DNA of 64,000 nt from Octopus sinensis (taxonomy: Eukaryota). The stretch spans positions 30,318,001 through 30,382,000 of the forward strand of contig NC_043015.1 in assembly GCF_006345805.1 (NCBI RefSeq), given 5' to 3'. The translations under genes were made by a program, and so were the position numbers. The notes under the pieces are model-generated. The model did no database searches. It had not been told where the DNA came from and saw only the letters and a list, made by a program, of their open reading frames with translations. Positions 27,852 through 41,077 of this stretch are shown here, in pieces. How positions within the stretch are numbered: position 1 is the first letter of the stretch; each line of letters begins with the position of its first letter.

Positions 27852-27967
27852 AATTTAACATGACAGTAGGGGATTACACCACCGCTGTTTAGCCCTAGGA
27901 AGCATCGACGCTTCCTGACAGTAGGGCTAAACAGCGGTGGTGTAATCCCCTACTGTCACGTTAAATT
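27852..27967. repeat. Near-perfect 116-bp inverted repeat (MITE-like hairpin)
   Basis: 46-bp arms with one mismatch plus an inner stem GGAAGC/GCTTCC. Confidence 0.95.
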
Positions 27968-29071
27968 GACAGTATACAACCATTCTATTGCCCCACCACC
28001 GTACATATCTCTATGAGATATTTAGAAATTTAATATTTCTGATATAATAATAAAGATTTCTTTTTAATAATAATTACGACTACTTCTTCATTGACAATAT
28101 CTTAGTAAAAGCAAGGGCTGTTGCAAAATCTCATTTCCTTTCCTAATAAACTGAGTATTTTATCTCTGTTTTATAATTATTGCTATGTTTAACCTTTTAA
28201 TTTTCATTTTTATGCATTTCTTTACTCATGTTTTTAAAACCTTTCATTTATTTCCAGGTAAGAAAATTATCATATTTTGTTTCACCTAAAGGTAAATATT
28301 TCTTTTGACTTAATTTGAATAACCATTTGGTTTTGCTTTCTTTCATTCTTCTTTGATCTTTCAGAGTTTCTGAAAATGACTTCAATTGTTTATTTCACCT
28401 TATTATACAGTAAACAGTCAGTTGGGAGGAAAATGGTTATATTAAAGAAAACTATAAAAACCGTTAAATCAGAGTTAAATTATTTAACACACAAAGCAAA
28501 AAGTAGCTTCCTTTTGTGAACAAACTTGAATTTTTCCTATAATCATATTAGCAAAGTATTGACTTCACTGTACTTACTGAAGTAATAAGGAGAGAATCGT
28601 TAGATAAGTGTACAAAAAGGTACACAGGTTGATGTAAAAGATAGAGAACAAAATGCTAAAAAACGCTATTTGTCTGAAAAAAAAACAATAGTTGGGTTAG
28701 AGTAAACATATTCAGCATAGGGATCATGACAAACTGACTAGAAATAACAACATAAGGCATTGACTAATAACTATTTGCATTATTTTGGTTAATATGGGAG
28801 ACAACTCTGGACTTGTTTTATGCTTATTGTGACTTCATCAGCAAAGTATATTTGTTTCACTATACTTGCCGAAATAATGATTGTAGTATCACTAAGGAGA
28901 CGTATAATAATGAATATTAGTTGGTGTAGGAAACTGTGTCTATAGTAACATTACATCAAATTGAAAGTATTCAATCAAACCGCCTTACTGCTGTATAGTT
29001 CTAACATAGCATCAGACCATAAATTGCAGGAGGTGGGGTTGTAAATCAATTAAATCAACCTCATGATGGTA

Positions 29072-29102
<31 letters not shown>

Positions 29103-30071
29103 CGATGACAATGATAATGATGACACTGACGATGAAAACAAGTGTATTACTATTGAATTACAAAGTCTATATATAAAGACTTACTCCCTCTTCCTCTCTC
29201 CTTCTCTCCACTCCTCCTCCTCCTCCTCCTCCTCCTCTGTCTATGAGTACATTCACATGCACACACACACATTATACTGATAGACAGATAAACATACATA
29301 CACACACATATACATACATATCTCTCTCCCTCTGTCTTCTCTCTCTTTCTTTTTCTCCATATATATATATATATTGCCTAAATGAATATATATATATGTA
29401 TATTGCCTATATATACTATATACTATATATGTATATTGCCTAAATGAATGAATGTTTTGACTTAAGGCAAAAATGGACTTCAGCCAAAATACTGTAAATT
29501 ACAGACTAAAGACATTGATATCCTGTAATTAACTTGCACTCTTCCTTCTAATAATGTTCTTTGTCTCTCATCTCACACTCTCTTTGTTTATTCATAATAT
29601 TTAATGTTTTTCTTCCATGTGTTTCCATTGCATGCTTGCATGCATGCTTGTGCCTGGTAGTCTGTGGTTGTTGATATGTGTGTGTTTGTATGTGAGGGTG
29701 TGTGTTTGTATGTGGGTATGTCTGTGTGTGTAGTAAAAATTCTTTAGCTCTCAAAGAATAATCAGACATCTTTACAGTTGTTGCCTACCTCCTCTCCTCC
29801 CCCGTTTCTCCATCTCTCACTCTTGCACTTTTGTTCATACACTCTTGCGCATCAACACACCTAGTTTCCCTGTTTCTGCTCCCTTCTGCTCACTTCATAT
29901 CTTGAGGGGCCACTTCAACACCTTATACCTCTGTTTATCTTTTTGCAGCTTCTACTGATCATTCTCACCCTGTTTTTTATATGTGAATAGCCACACAGCT
30001 CATCTACAAGAACTTGCTTTGCCCCCTCCTTTTCTACTATTTTAACTCCTTATTTCCTCCCTAGCATAAAG

Positions 30072-30299
30072 GAGAGCTTTATGTTGTAGAGCTGAAAACG
30101 AGGCAATCTCTACTCTTCTCCTTTGGAAGCCATCTATTCGCAATACCAGAGGGCGCACACTCTCATACCCTGATGTAATCTCCAGGGATACAGGCATCAA
30201 GCAACCGGACCTCCGTAATGCTATGATGGACCATGAAGTCTGGCGTAGAATGGTAAATTCCATTGTCTCGACCACGGTCAAACAATGATGATGATGATG
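30072..30299 (+). mobile_element. 5'-truncated RTE-clade LINE
   Basis: Translates ENEAISTLLLWKPSIRNTRGRTLSYPDVISRDTGIKQPDLRNAMMDHEVWRRMV (RTE ORF2 C-terminus). (GAT)n tail; TSD AGCATAAAG at 30063 and 30300. Confidence 0.85.
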
Positions 30300-31072
30300 A
30301 GCATAAAGCTGACACTATTTCTCTCAAGGGTCATAATCTTACAGTCTGCATGATGACTGCAGTAGTGCTGGTGGCTTGAAAAAGCACCCAGTACTTACTG
30401 TAAAATGGTTAATGCCAAGAGGAGCATCCAGCTGTAGAAACCATGCCAAAGTAGACACTGAAGCATGTTGTAGTCCTTGGACCCATCAGATTCTATCAGA
30501 CTGTTAAAATTTAAAATTAGATGTTGCAGCTCTTAAAACATCATCATCATCATTAACCCTAGCATGGGTTGGACGGTTTTGACTGAGGGCTGGCAACCAG
30601 ATGGCTGCACCAGGCTCCAGTCTTGATCTTCTACAGTTTCTACAGCTGGATGCCCTTCCTAACGCCAACCACTCTGAGAGTGTAGTGGGTGCTTTTTATG
30701 TGCCACTAGCATGAGGGCAAGTCAGGCGGTACTGGCAATGATCTTGCTCGAATCTTTTTACACGTGCCACTGACACAGGTGCCAGTGAAGCAACGTTGGT
30801 AACGATCTTAAACATAAAAATAATATTATATGTGGGTCTTGTCGGCTAATCTCTGCTCTACATAGTGGCCTGACCTGCAAGAAATAGCCATCAAATCTAT
30901 CTCAGATCACATCCAGCCATTTTTGAAAAATGTATGCTTACTCAGGGCTGATCTTTGGTGCAACATCAACATCCACATCACACAACATCAACAAGAGATG
31001 GGCCAAAGAGGAAATGTATATGTGTTCACTCAACTTGCTAAAATTGCAACCAAATTTCCCTCAAATTCCAAC

Positions 31073-31362
31073 ATCATCATCATCATCATCATCATTTAGC
31101 GTCTGTTTTCCATGCTAGCATGGGTTGGACGGTTCAACTGGGGTCTGTGAAGCCAGAAGGCTGCATCAGGCCCAGTCTGATCTGGCAGTGTTTCTACGGC
31201 TGGATGCCCTTCCTAACGCCAACCACTCCGAGAGTGTAGTGGGTGCTTTTTACGTGCCACCTGCACAGGTGCCAGACGGAGCTGGCAAACGGCCACGAAC
31301 AGATGGTGCTTTTACGTGCCACCGGCACGGGGGCCAGGCGAGGCTGGCAACGGCCACGATCA
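31073..31362 (-). mobile_element. SINE-like family C with (GAT)n tail and about 2 internal 60-bp units
   Basis: GGCTGGATGCCCTTCCTAACGCCAACCAC motif. Further copies at about 230-390, 420-600, 1170-1400, 13858-13998, 24850-24985, 30365-30810 and 46617-46760. Confidence 0.85.
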
Positions 31363-31624
31363 GAAAAGAAAAAACAAGAAAACAATGTAGATGTTGAATA
31401 ATGATATGGTTCTACATGGGCCAAGTCTGAAGGAGATATTGAATACCTGACCAGGGAATTCTCTTTTATCAGAACTGACTTGCAGATAAAGAACAACAGT
31501 CTTAGACTACCTACCTCCATATCCTAAACTGCTCTTTTCATGCTTCTCATCTTTGTTCATATCTTCCTCTGCAGCATCATTTTTATCGTCTTGCTCCTTG
31601 ATTTCCATTGTTTTCATCATTGAC

Positions 31625-32225
31625 ACCATCATCATCATCATCTTCTTCTTTATCTTCTTCTTCGTTATCTTCTTCTTCTTCTTCTTCTTCTTCTTCGTCT
31701 TCTTCCTCTTCGTCTTCTTCTTCTTCTTCTTCTTCTTAATCTTCATCATCATCTTCTTCATCATCATCATCTTCTTCTTCTTCATCTTCTTCTTCTTCTT
31801 CTTCTTCATTTCTCTCTTCGTCTCCTTCTTCTTCCTCTTCATATCATTCTTCTTCATCATTATTAATCTTCTTCTTCTTCTTCTTTTCTTCTTCTTCTTC
31901 TTTTCTTCATCATCATCATCATCTCCTTCTTCATCTTCATCATCATCTTCTTCATCATCATCATCTTCTTCTTCTTCATCTTCTTCTTCTTCTTCTTCTT
32001 CTTCTTCTCATTTCTTCTTCTTCTTCTCCTTCTTCTTCCTCTTCATCATCATCTTCATCATCATAATCTTCTTCTTCTTCTTCTTCTTCTTCTTCTTCTT
32101 CTTCATCATCATCATCATCTCCTTCTTCATCTTCATCATCATCTTCTTCTTCATCATCTTCTTCTTCTTCTTCTTCTTCTTCTTCTTCTTCTTCTTCTGC
32201 TTTATTATCATCATTATTATTATTA
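31625..32225. repeat. 600-bp (TTC/TCA)n pyrimidine-rich trinucleotide array
   Basis: Direct reading. Source of the 303-aa poly-F/S and the poly-K/E ORFs. Confidence 0.95.
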
Positions 32226-32494
32226 TTTTCTTCCCTTGCTTCCTTCTCTTCTGCCTCCTCATCTTTCCCCTCTACATTTACACACACACACACACACACG
32301 CACACACACAAACACACATGTACACACATACATATTCTCCTCTCCTTCTCCCTCAACACCTCCCTCATTTACTACCAAAAAAACCAGTCAATGATCATAT
32401 TTCAAAGTTGACATTAAATGAAAAAACAAAGACACAAAATTCCCCAATAATGATAAATTATTAGGGCAAGCACGGTGGTAAGGTGGTACACAAC

Positions 32495-32540
<46 letters not shown>

Positions 32541-33393
32541 TCAAAGACGATGCTGAAAATAACATTGATGACTACGACGATGATGATGATGATGATGTAG
32601 CAGATAATAATTACGTTTCTTGTTTATCTGGTTATTAAATTATTGTGTTTTCTTTTCTCTTTCCAAACTAATTTTATAAAAGACAACTTGACAGTAATTG
32701 AAGTGCTTTCTAAAGATAAACACACTTTACACATTTGTTCTACTAAAATATTTTAAAACATTTGCATATGCGTGTGCATAGACATACACGCATACTCATG
32801 TATGTGAGTGCATGTGTGTGTGTGTGTGTGTGTTTGCATGTGTATGTGTCTGCATATGTGTGTGTTAGTGTGTGTCTGTGTCTGTGTGTGTCTGTGTTTG
32901 TGTGTGTGTGTGTGTGTTAGTGTATGTGTGTGTGTAAATATAACACATATATATTTCTTTATCATGTCTGAATCTTGAGCAGGGAATAACAATATACAGT
33001 AATCAATATATATATACATATGTATATACATTTAGATATATATTTATATATATCTATATCTATATATACGTGTGTGTGTTTATGTGTTAGACATTTATAT
33101 ATTTATAATATAAAATACACATACGCACAAACACATACATATATTTATATATATATATATTATATATATATATCTATATATATATATATAAATTATATAT
33201 ATATATCTATATAAAATGTAGTATATATATATATATTTTATTATAATGTATGTATGTATATATGTATATTGTATATATATATATTAATATATATAATAAT
33301 ATATATATATTAATATATAATAAATGTATATATATATCTATAAATGTATGTATATATATATTATATATTTATATATGAATGTATGTATGTATG

Positions 33394-33424
<31 letters not shown>

Positions 33425-33824
33425 TATATATATTATGTGTGTGTGTGGTGTGTGTGTGTGTGGTGTAAGATGATCTACAAGTATCATGTTGTTGGTACAA
33501 CATGTTCTTTGTCTATCTCCTTAACTTCTTGGGAGATTTTAGGTAAAATTATACTAATGTGTGCTTCTGATATAATTTAATTAAATTCTATATCTTTGTG
33601 CAGCTAAAGATTGTTCTACATTTTAAATTGATGCCATGAAATGATTGCATTGTTCAATTAAATGGAGTTGCATGAAACGATTGTACTGCATTACCTCTGG
33701 ATATCCTTGTTGCTTATATTGATATATATATAATAACAAAGGGTAAAATTAATTAATTAAGAAGTAATCAAAATTTCACCAAGTAGAATTCGGCATGAAT
33801 CATTGCTGAACCCTAATTATTAAG

Positions 33825-33856
<32 letters not shown>

Positions 33857-33883
33857 GTGTGTATATATATGTATGTATATATA

Positions 33884-33917
<34 letters not shown>

Positions 33918-34309
33918 AGGTGTAAAAGATAAAAATAATTTGTATGGTGTTAGTAACAAAATATTTTGTAAGAAATAGAATTTTATCATCGGTCTTAAAT
34001 TTATTTTCGCAAGTGTAAATATCCGCAAATCATCAGTGCGACAGTCATAGAAATTATAATTTGCAGACCTGTACATGAGACGTCCCCACGAAAGAGAACC
34101 TGCATGCAGTTCTGTCAATTATATTTGGGGGTATATTTCAAATGTCTCCATTTTGGTGTGCCGAAGCCAGAAATGACTCTGCAGAAAATAATTTTCTGCA
34201 TCAAAACCTGACGATTAGAGAACATGGTTAGACCATACGGGGTCGACTTTTAGCATATTGGATGTCCACCTAGTGGTCATCCCTCTTATATGTATGTAAT
34301 ATAATTTTT

Positions 34310-34590
34310 CTGAATCTTTTCTGAATGAGGGTGTTTGATGTCGCTACCCTTGTTTGCACCTCTTGTCGCAAGGTAGGTTCATCTGGGTCTCTCGACAGGA
34401 AAAGGTCCAGTTTTGATTTGGAAGCACCTACATCCACCGTGTGTAGGTCCCTCAGGCTCTTTGGGAGAATATTAAAAAGCAATGGGCTCCTGAAACCCAG
34501 GCTGTTGCAGGAGCTGGTCCTGAAGCACTGTGGCATTGCTAGGATTTTTGGCACTGTGCAGTGTTGACCTGTTCTGGCATTGGTGTAGCA
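34310..34590 (-). mobile_element. CR1/L2-group LINE ORF2 C-terminal remnant
   Basis: ORF 34270-34644 contains NSLGFRSPLLFNILPKSLRDL...KSKLDLFLSRDPDEP, typical of the LFN.LP...FK..LD.FL...PD.P motif. Confidence 0.75.
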
Positions 34591-34974
34591 GATAGATAGA
34601 CAGACAGATATACACGCATGTATACTAATTGTTATTGTAGACACTAAAGAAGCTTTGCAAACATCAGTTTTTGAGATGGAATTTTAAATACTCTCTCAAG
34701 AACTGATGTTTGGTACAAAGCTTCTTTAAGTAATGCCTACAATACGTCAATGTGTGTTTGTGTGTGTGTACGTACATGTTCATATATAGATACATTTATT
34801 ATGTGTATATATGTATATATACGTGTGTGTTTATCAGTATGTATGTGTGTGTGTGTTTATATATATATATATACATATCTTTATTATATATCTGTATGTA
34901 TAATTACATACGTGTGTGTATATGTGACCGCATGTGTATCATTCGCGATTTTCTTTCTCTGTCTTCCCTTCTTT

Positions 34975-35024
34975 GGACTTTTTCTATATTTCTGATGAAG
35001 AGCTCCGCTCGAAACCTGAAGTCC
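34975..35024 (+). ncRNA. Minimal type I hammerhead ribozyme motif in a Penelope-like remnant
   Basis: CTGATGA core, stem II GAGC-tcc-GCTC, GAAAC, and distal stem I pairing GGACTT/AAGTCC. The stem III and cleavage region look mutated. Confidence 0.65.
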
Positions 35025-35602
35025 TCTTTCTTTTCTTTTCTTTCCTGAAAAAGATGAACAGCATTGAATGTATGATGATGGAGTTTGTTACAACCATTAC
35101 TTGAAGTCAAGAACAAGGGTATAAACAAACACACACACAATTTCTGTCTACCAAGTCCTCTCATAGAGCTTTGGTCAGCCCAGGGTTTTAGCAGAAGACA
35201 CTTACCCATGAAGCTGCACAATGAGACTGAACCGAAAACCACATAGTGGGGAAGCAAGCTTTTTAACCACGCACCCATATATATGCATGTGTGTGTGTGT
35301 GTGTGCGCACGTGTGCATGTGTACATAAATAGATGCCATGTGAATCTGAGCAAGCATGACATAATGAGGATAATAATGATGGTGGTGACAGTGGTGTTGG
35401 TGGTGGTGATGGTGGTGGTGGTGGTGGTGGTGGTGAACATAAACAAGGGGACACAAATTTGGGAGAATTGTCCCTAAGTATATCCAGTTACATTGTCCTT
35501 AGTGTGTCCATCCTTAGATGCTTTTAGTGGAGTCCAGGTCTTCATTCAGGCCAGGTCTTCGGTTCGAGGATACCCTCCTCCCAGACAGGCATTTTATCTG
35601 CC

Positions 35603-36014
35603 TTACTCTACTCTTTTACTCTCTTTTACTTGTTTCAGTCATTTGACTGCGGCCATGCTGGAGCACCGTCTTAGTCGAGCAACTCGACCCCGGGACTTAT
35701 TCTTTTGTAAGCCCAGTACTCCTTCTATCGGTCTCTTTTGCCGAACCGCTAGGTAATGGGGACATAAACACACCAGCATCGGTTGTCAAGCAATGCTAGG
35801 GGGACAAACACAGACACACAAACACACACACGCATATATACACATATATACGACGGGCTTCTTTCAGTTTCCGTCTGCCAAATCCACTCACAAGGCTTTG
35901 GTCGGCCCGGGGCTATATTCGAAGACACTTGCCCAAGGTGCCGTGCAGTGGGACTGAACCCGGGACCATGTGGTTGGTAAACAAGCTACTTACCACACAG
36001 CCACTCCTGCGCCT
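35603..36014 (-). mobile_element. SINE family A (young copy)
   Basis: Reverse-complement copy with most CpGs intact. A degenerate partial copy lies at about 35140-35275. Confidence 0.9.
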
Positions 36015-36566
36015 TCTACAAATTCTAGCATTTGACTACTTTAAATAATAATCTTAATGAAAAATGTGTCTGCAACAGTTAAAATTTGTGTGTTTGAATG
36101 AGTGTTTATTCAGAGTTTTTCCTTGGCAATTAGTGACTGTATTTGTTGTTGTTGCTGTTGTTGTTGTTGTTGTTATGGCTGCTGCAGCTGCTTCTGTCGC
36201 TGCTGGTAGTCATGTCCATGATGTAATTCAGTAATAGTAGGTTTACCAATAGTGGTGGTGGTAATAGTGGTAAGGTTGAAGTCAGCAATAAAGTCGAACG
36301 GTATTATTATAAAACAAATATACAAAAGCTCATAGTGATAATAATGCTATTAACCATGATGCTGACAATGGTGATGATGATGATGACAATGGTGATGATG
36401 ATGATGACAATGGTCATAGTGAAGGTAATGATGATGATGATGACGGCCACCAAACATGTAGTGCAGTTATTGTGGCTTATAGGTCACAGCAATGCAATTT
36501 AGTTAGAATAGGTCACTAGAGCCCTACAATCACCAACAACATCACTGCCCCCCACCACCATCTCTT

Positions 36567-36846
36567 CCACCACCACCACCGTCACCACCACCACCATCAC
36601 CACCACCGTCGCCACCACCACCACCGTCACCACCACTATCACCACCACCATCACAACCACCGTCACCACCACCATCACCATCACCACCACTATCACCACC
36701 ACCACCATCACCACCACCACCATCACCACCACCACCACCACCACCACCATCACCACCACCGTCACCACCACCACCACCGTCACCACCACCACCACCATCA
36801 CCACCACCATCACCACCGTCACCATCACCACCACCACCACCACCAC
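36567..36846. repeat. (CAC)n microsatellite
   Basis: Direct reading. Confidence 0.95.
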
Positions 36847-37572
36847 CTCCCCATCGTTCCTTTACTGCACTTTGTTCCCTCGGGAAACCTACTCATTGAA
36901 TCTATGAATACAACTAATATATATCTTTTGAAATTAAACAAAACTTAAGTGATATTAGTTGGAGGTTTGCCTGGTTGGACAGTCAGTGCCTCTGCGTGTG
37001 TGTGTGTGTGTGTGTGTGTGAGAGAATATTCTGTGTAGTTATGTTCCTGAATGCGTATGTATCTAGTGTTGTCAGTGTGTGTTGGTAAATTTTGTTGGTG
37101 TGTTTGTATGTGTTTGTTAATTTGTTTTGCGTTTGAGAATTTCTGTGTTGATAAAATGCTTTTGTGGTGTGTGTGTTTGTGTCGGCATTTGCGTCTGAGG
37201 GTCAATGTGTTTGAATATATCCAAGTGTGCATGTATGTATGTATGTGAATGCCTCTGTGTTTATGTTTGTTTAAGTATCTACATGTTGCCTGTGTGTATG
37301 TGTGTGTGTGTGTGTGTGGTAGTTAATTTTTGTATGGGAATGTAGTATGTTTGTGCATATATTTGTTTAAGTATTTATGTGTTGGTAAATACGTGTGTAT
37401 GCGTTTGGTGAGAAAGAATGAGAAGCTAATTTGTATGAGAGCATCTGTTTTGTGCTGGTGTGCATGTATTTGTTTAAATGTCTATACGTGTCAGTAAATT
37501 TGTTGGTATGTGTGTTGGTAAAAATGTAGAGGCAGTCGTGTATGCAAGGGAATGTATGTTTGCATGTATAGG

Positions 37573-37606
37573 AGAGTCTGCAGTGCCTGGAGGGTACACA
37601 AGATAA

Positions 37607-37640
<34 letters not shown>

Positions 37641-38085
37641 GTGTACACAAAGATAAGTGTGTGTGTGTGTATGTGTGTGTACAGTAGAGTCTGCAGTGCC
37701 TGGAGGGTACACAAAGATAAGTGTGTGTGTGTGTGTGTGCGTGTATGTGTGTGTGTGTGTACACAAAGATAAGTGTGTGTGTGTGTATGTGTGTGTACAG
37801 TAGAGTCTGCAGTGCCTGGAGGGTACACAAAGATAAGTGTGTGTGGTGTGTGTGTGTGTGTGTATGTGTGTGTGTGTGTACACAAAGATAAGTGTGTGTG
37901 TGTGTATGTGTGTGTACAGTAGAGTCTGCAGTGCCTGGAGGGTACACAAAGATAAGTGTGTGTGTGTGTGTGTGTGTATGTGTGTGTGTGTGTACACAAA
38001 GATAAGTGTGTGTGTGTGTATGTGTGTGTACAGTAGAGTCTGCAGTGCCTGGAGGGTACACAAAGATAAGTGTGTGTGTGTGTGT
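37573..38085. repeat. Minisatellite of about 115-bp units (4 full plus a partial fifth) with embedded (TG)n
   Basis: AGAGTCTGCAGTGCCTGGAGGGTACAC recurs five times at about 115-bp spacing. Confidence 0.95.
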
Positions 38086-38089
38086 GTGC

Positions 38090-38125
<36 letters not shown>

Positions 38126-38596
38126 TTGTGTGTGTATGATTTTGCATGTGTGTATTTGTGTGTGTGTGTATGACAGTATGCATGTATGTATGTGTATATC
38201 TGCGTATATGATTGCATGCATGTGTATGGCTATGCACATGACTATATGCATGTAATGTCTGTCTGTATGCATAGTACGAATGTGTGTATGACTGTATGTA
38301 TGTATGACATTATGCATATGAGTGAGTTGGTGGTGACCGTTGTACCATATGGCTACCAGGTCACAACTGACTGCAGCTGCTTGTGGCGGTGGCACTGGTG
38401 GTGGTGGCACTGGTGGTGCAGTAAAGGAGTTCACCTACTTAAAACAGTAGCAAAATAGCCACAATGGGGCTTTCTTCACTGGACATATGATAGTACAGAT
38501 GGTTGAGTTAGCAAGGAACCAACCAGTAACAACAAAATACATGTGGTTCATATGCTATCACATTTCCTGTGTTGACCTCTTGAGGCAAGTGAAAAT

Positions 38597-39946
38597 CAAA
38601 ATCGATCAACATCAATGGAAATTGTAGCTGTGATACTAGTGCCGGAGACACATAAGAGAACCATCCGAACGTGGTCGTTGCCAGCACCGCCCCGACTGGC
38701 TTCCATGCCGGTGGCACGTAAAAAGCACCATCCGATCATGGCCGTTGCCAGCCTCGCCTGGCCTCCGTGCCGGTGGCATGTAAAAAGCACCATCAGATCG
38801 TGGCCATTGCCAGCCTTGCCTGGCCTCCGTGCGGTGGCATGTAAAAAGTACCATCCGATCGTGGCCGTTTTGCCGCCTCGTCTGGCCTCCGTGCTGGTGG
38901 CACGTAAAAAGCACCATCCGATCGTGGCGTTTGCCAGCCTCGTCTGGCCTCCGTGCTGGTGGCATGTAAAAAGCACCATCAGATCGTGGCCATTGCCAGC
39001 CTTGCCTGGCCTCCGTGCGGTGGCATGTAAAAAGCACCATCAGATCGTGGCCATTGCCAGCTTGCCTGGCCTCCGTGCCGGTGGCATGTAAAAAGTACCA
39101 TCCGATCGTGGCCGTTTGCCAGCCTCGTCTGGCCTCCGTGCTGGTGGCACGTAAAAAGCACCATCCGATCGTGGCCGTTTGCCAGCCTCGTCTGGCCTCC
39201 GTGCTGGTGGCACGTAAAAAGCACCATCCGATCATGGCCGTTGCCAGCCTCGCCTGGCCTCCGTGCCGGTGGCATGTAAAAAGCACCATCAGATCGTGGC
39301 CATTGCCAGCCTTGCCTGGCCTCCGTGCCGGTGGCATGTAAAAAGTACCATCCGATCGTGGCCGTTTGCCAGCCTCGTCTGGCCTCCGTGCTGGTGGCAC
39401 GTAAAAAGCACCATCCGATCATGGCCGTTGCCAGCCTCGCCTGGCCTCCGTGCCGGTGGCATGTAAAAAGCACCATCAGATCGTGGCCATTGCCAGCCTT
39501 GCCTGGCCTCCGTGCCGGTGGCATGTAAAAAGTACCATCCGATCGTGGCCGTTTGCCAGCCTCGTCTGGCCTCCGTGCTGGTGGCACGTAAAAAGCACCA
39601 TCTGATCGTGGCCGTTGCCAGCCTCGCCTGGCCTCCGTGCCGGTGGCACGTAAAAAGCACCATCCGATCGTGGCCGTTGTCAACCTCGCCTGGCCTCTGT
39701 GCCGGTGGCACGTAAAAAGCACCATCCGATCGTGGCCGTTGTCAACCTCGCCTGGCCTCTGTGCCGGTGGCACGTAAAAAGCACCCACTACACTCATGGA
39801 GTGGTTGGCGTTAGGAAGGGCATCCAGCTGTAGAAACATTGCCAGATCAGACTGGGCCTGGTGCAGCCTTCTGGCTTCCCAGACCCCAGTTGCACCGTCC
39901 AACCCATGCCAGCATGGAAAGCGGACGCTAAACGATGATGATGATG
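38597..39946 (+). mobile_element. SINE-like family C with an expanded internal array of about 19 units of about 62 bp
   Basis: 5' end and (GAT)n tail match 53188-53598. Unit GCCGGTGGCAYGTAAAAAGYACCATCMGATCRTGGCC... Confidence 0.92.
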
Positions 39947-41077
39947 TCTGTGTCTCAGTGGCTCAGTCTACTTGGCTCTTAGTAGGTAGTACCATAGGAT
40001 AGTATAGTTCATTGTTATTATTGTTTAGCCTCTGATCAGACCTGATCAAGCAAACCAATAATCAAAAGAGTTCCAGCCATGGCATTTCTGTCTTTTTATT
40101 TATTTATTTATTTATTTATTGTACATCACGAAATATATTAGCCATTGTCAGTGAAACAGTAGGATATGATTCAAAGATTTGTCTGCTATTTCGCACAGGT
40201 TAAAAACAACCATGTTGATTGATACTGTCTATAATTGGCTTAATAACGAGCTGAATGTTGTAAGCAGTTGTAACATTAGGGAAATAATGAGCAGTTTGCT
40301 TACTTAGAATACTGGGTTCCCTTCCTTTGGCAGGAAATCCTACTTGCATTGGACCTAGTCCCTATTCAAGGAAAGATCTGTCTCTCATCAGCTATGGAAA
40401 TATAGCAAAGATTATAGATATTGATAAGAACCAGCCCCTTATCGCAAACAGCACACGACCACTTCATTCACAGTATATCCTCCCTCCAAATCACAAACCC
40501 CAACATTCACCACTTCACACTCCAACAGCATTTTCTATAACACACCTTAACAGTTGTTATCATCGAGAGCTTCTACATGGTTAGTGGAATTACAAGAAAT
40601 AGCAGCCAAATTTATTCTGACTTAAGTCCTATCATCTTTTTTTAAAAAAAGAAGGAAGGGCAACATTTCAGACAATGTCAGGTCACTTTCAAGCGTAACT
40701 GGTAACATGTAACCCAGTATAACCTGTCACATGATTGGGTTGTTGGTGACTGAACTGATTTATTGGACATCTTGCAGGAGGAGAAACAAAACCCATCAAA
40801 AGACAGAGCAACTCAAGGGAGTCACCAACCATCCAATAATGTGTGATAGTGTGTGGTCTAGTGGTTAGGAAGGCTAGTCTGTCACAGCTGAGTGGACTGG
40901 AGAAATGTGCAATGAAGTGTTTTGCTCAAGAACACAATGCACCACCTGGTCCAGGAATTGAACTCATGATCTGTCAACCATGTGTGCAACATTCTAACCC
41001 TAAGACAACACACCAAATATATATAATATATATCTATCTATCTATCTATATATATTGCTTGACAATTGGTGTTGGTA

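Noticed and set aside
31507-32464. 303-aa Phe/Ser-rich ORF and antisense Lys/Glu-rich ORFs
   Set aside because: Translation of the (TTC/TCA)n array.
37367-38434. 355-aa His/Thr ORF, and a CRISPR-like repeat-spacer appearance
   Set aside because: Minisatellite with (TG)n spacers. Eukaryotic DNA, no unique spacers and no cas genes.
38596-39902. 254-307 aa repetitive ORFs
   Set aside because: Stop-poor GC-rich tandem units whose lengths (61-63 bp) shift frame, lying within a retroposon.
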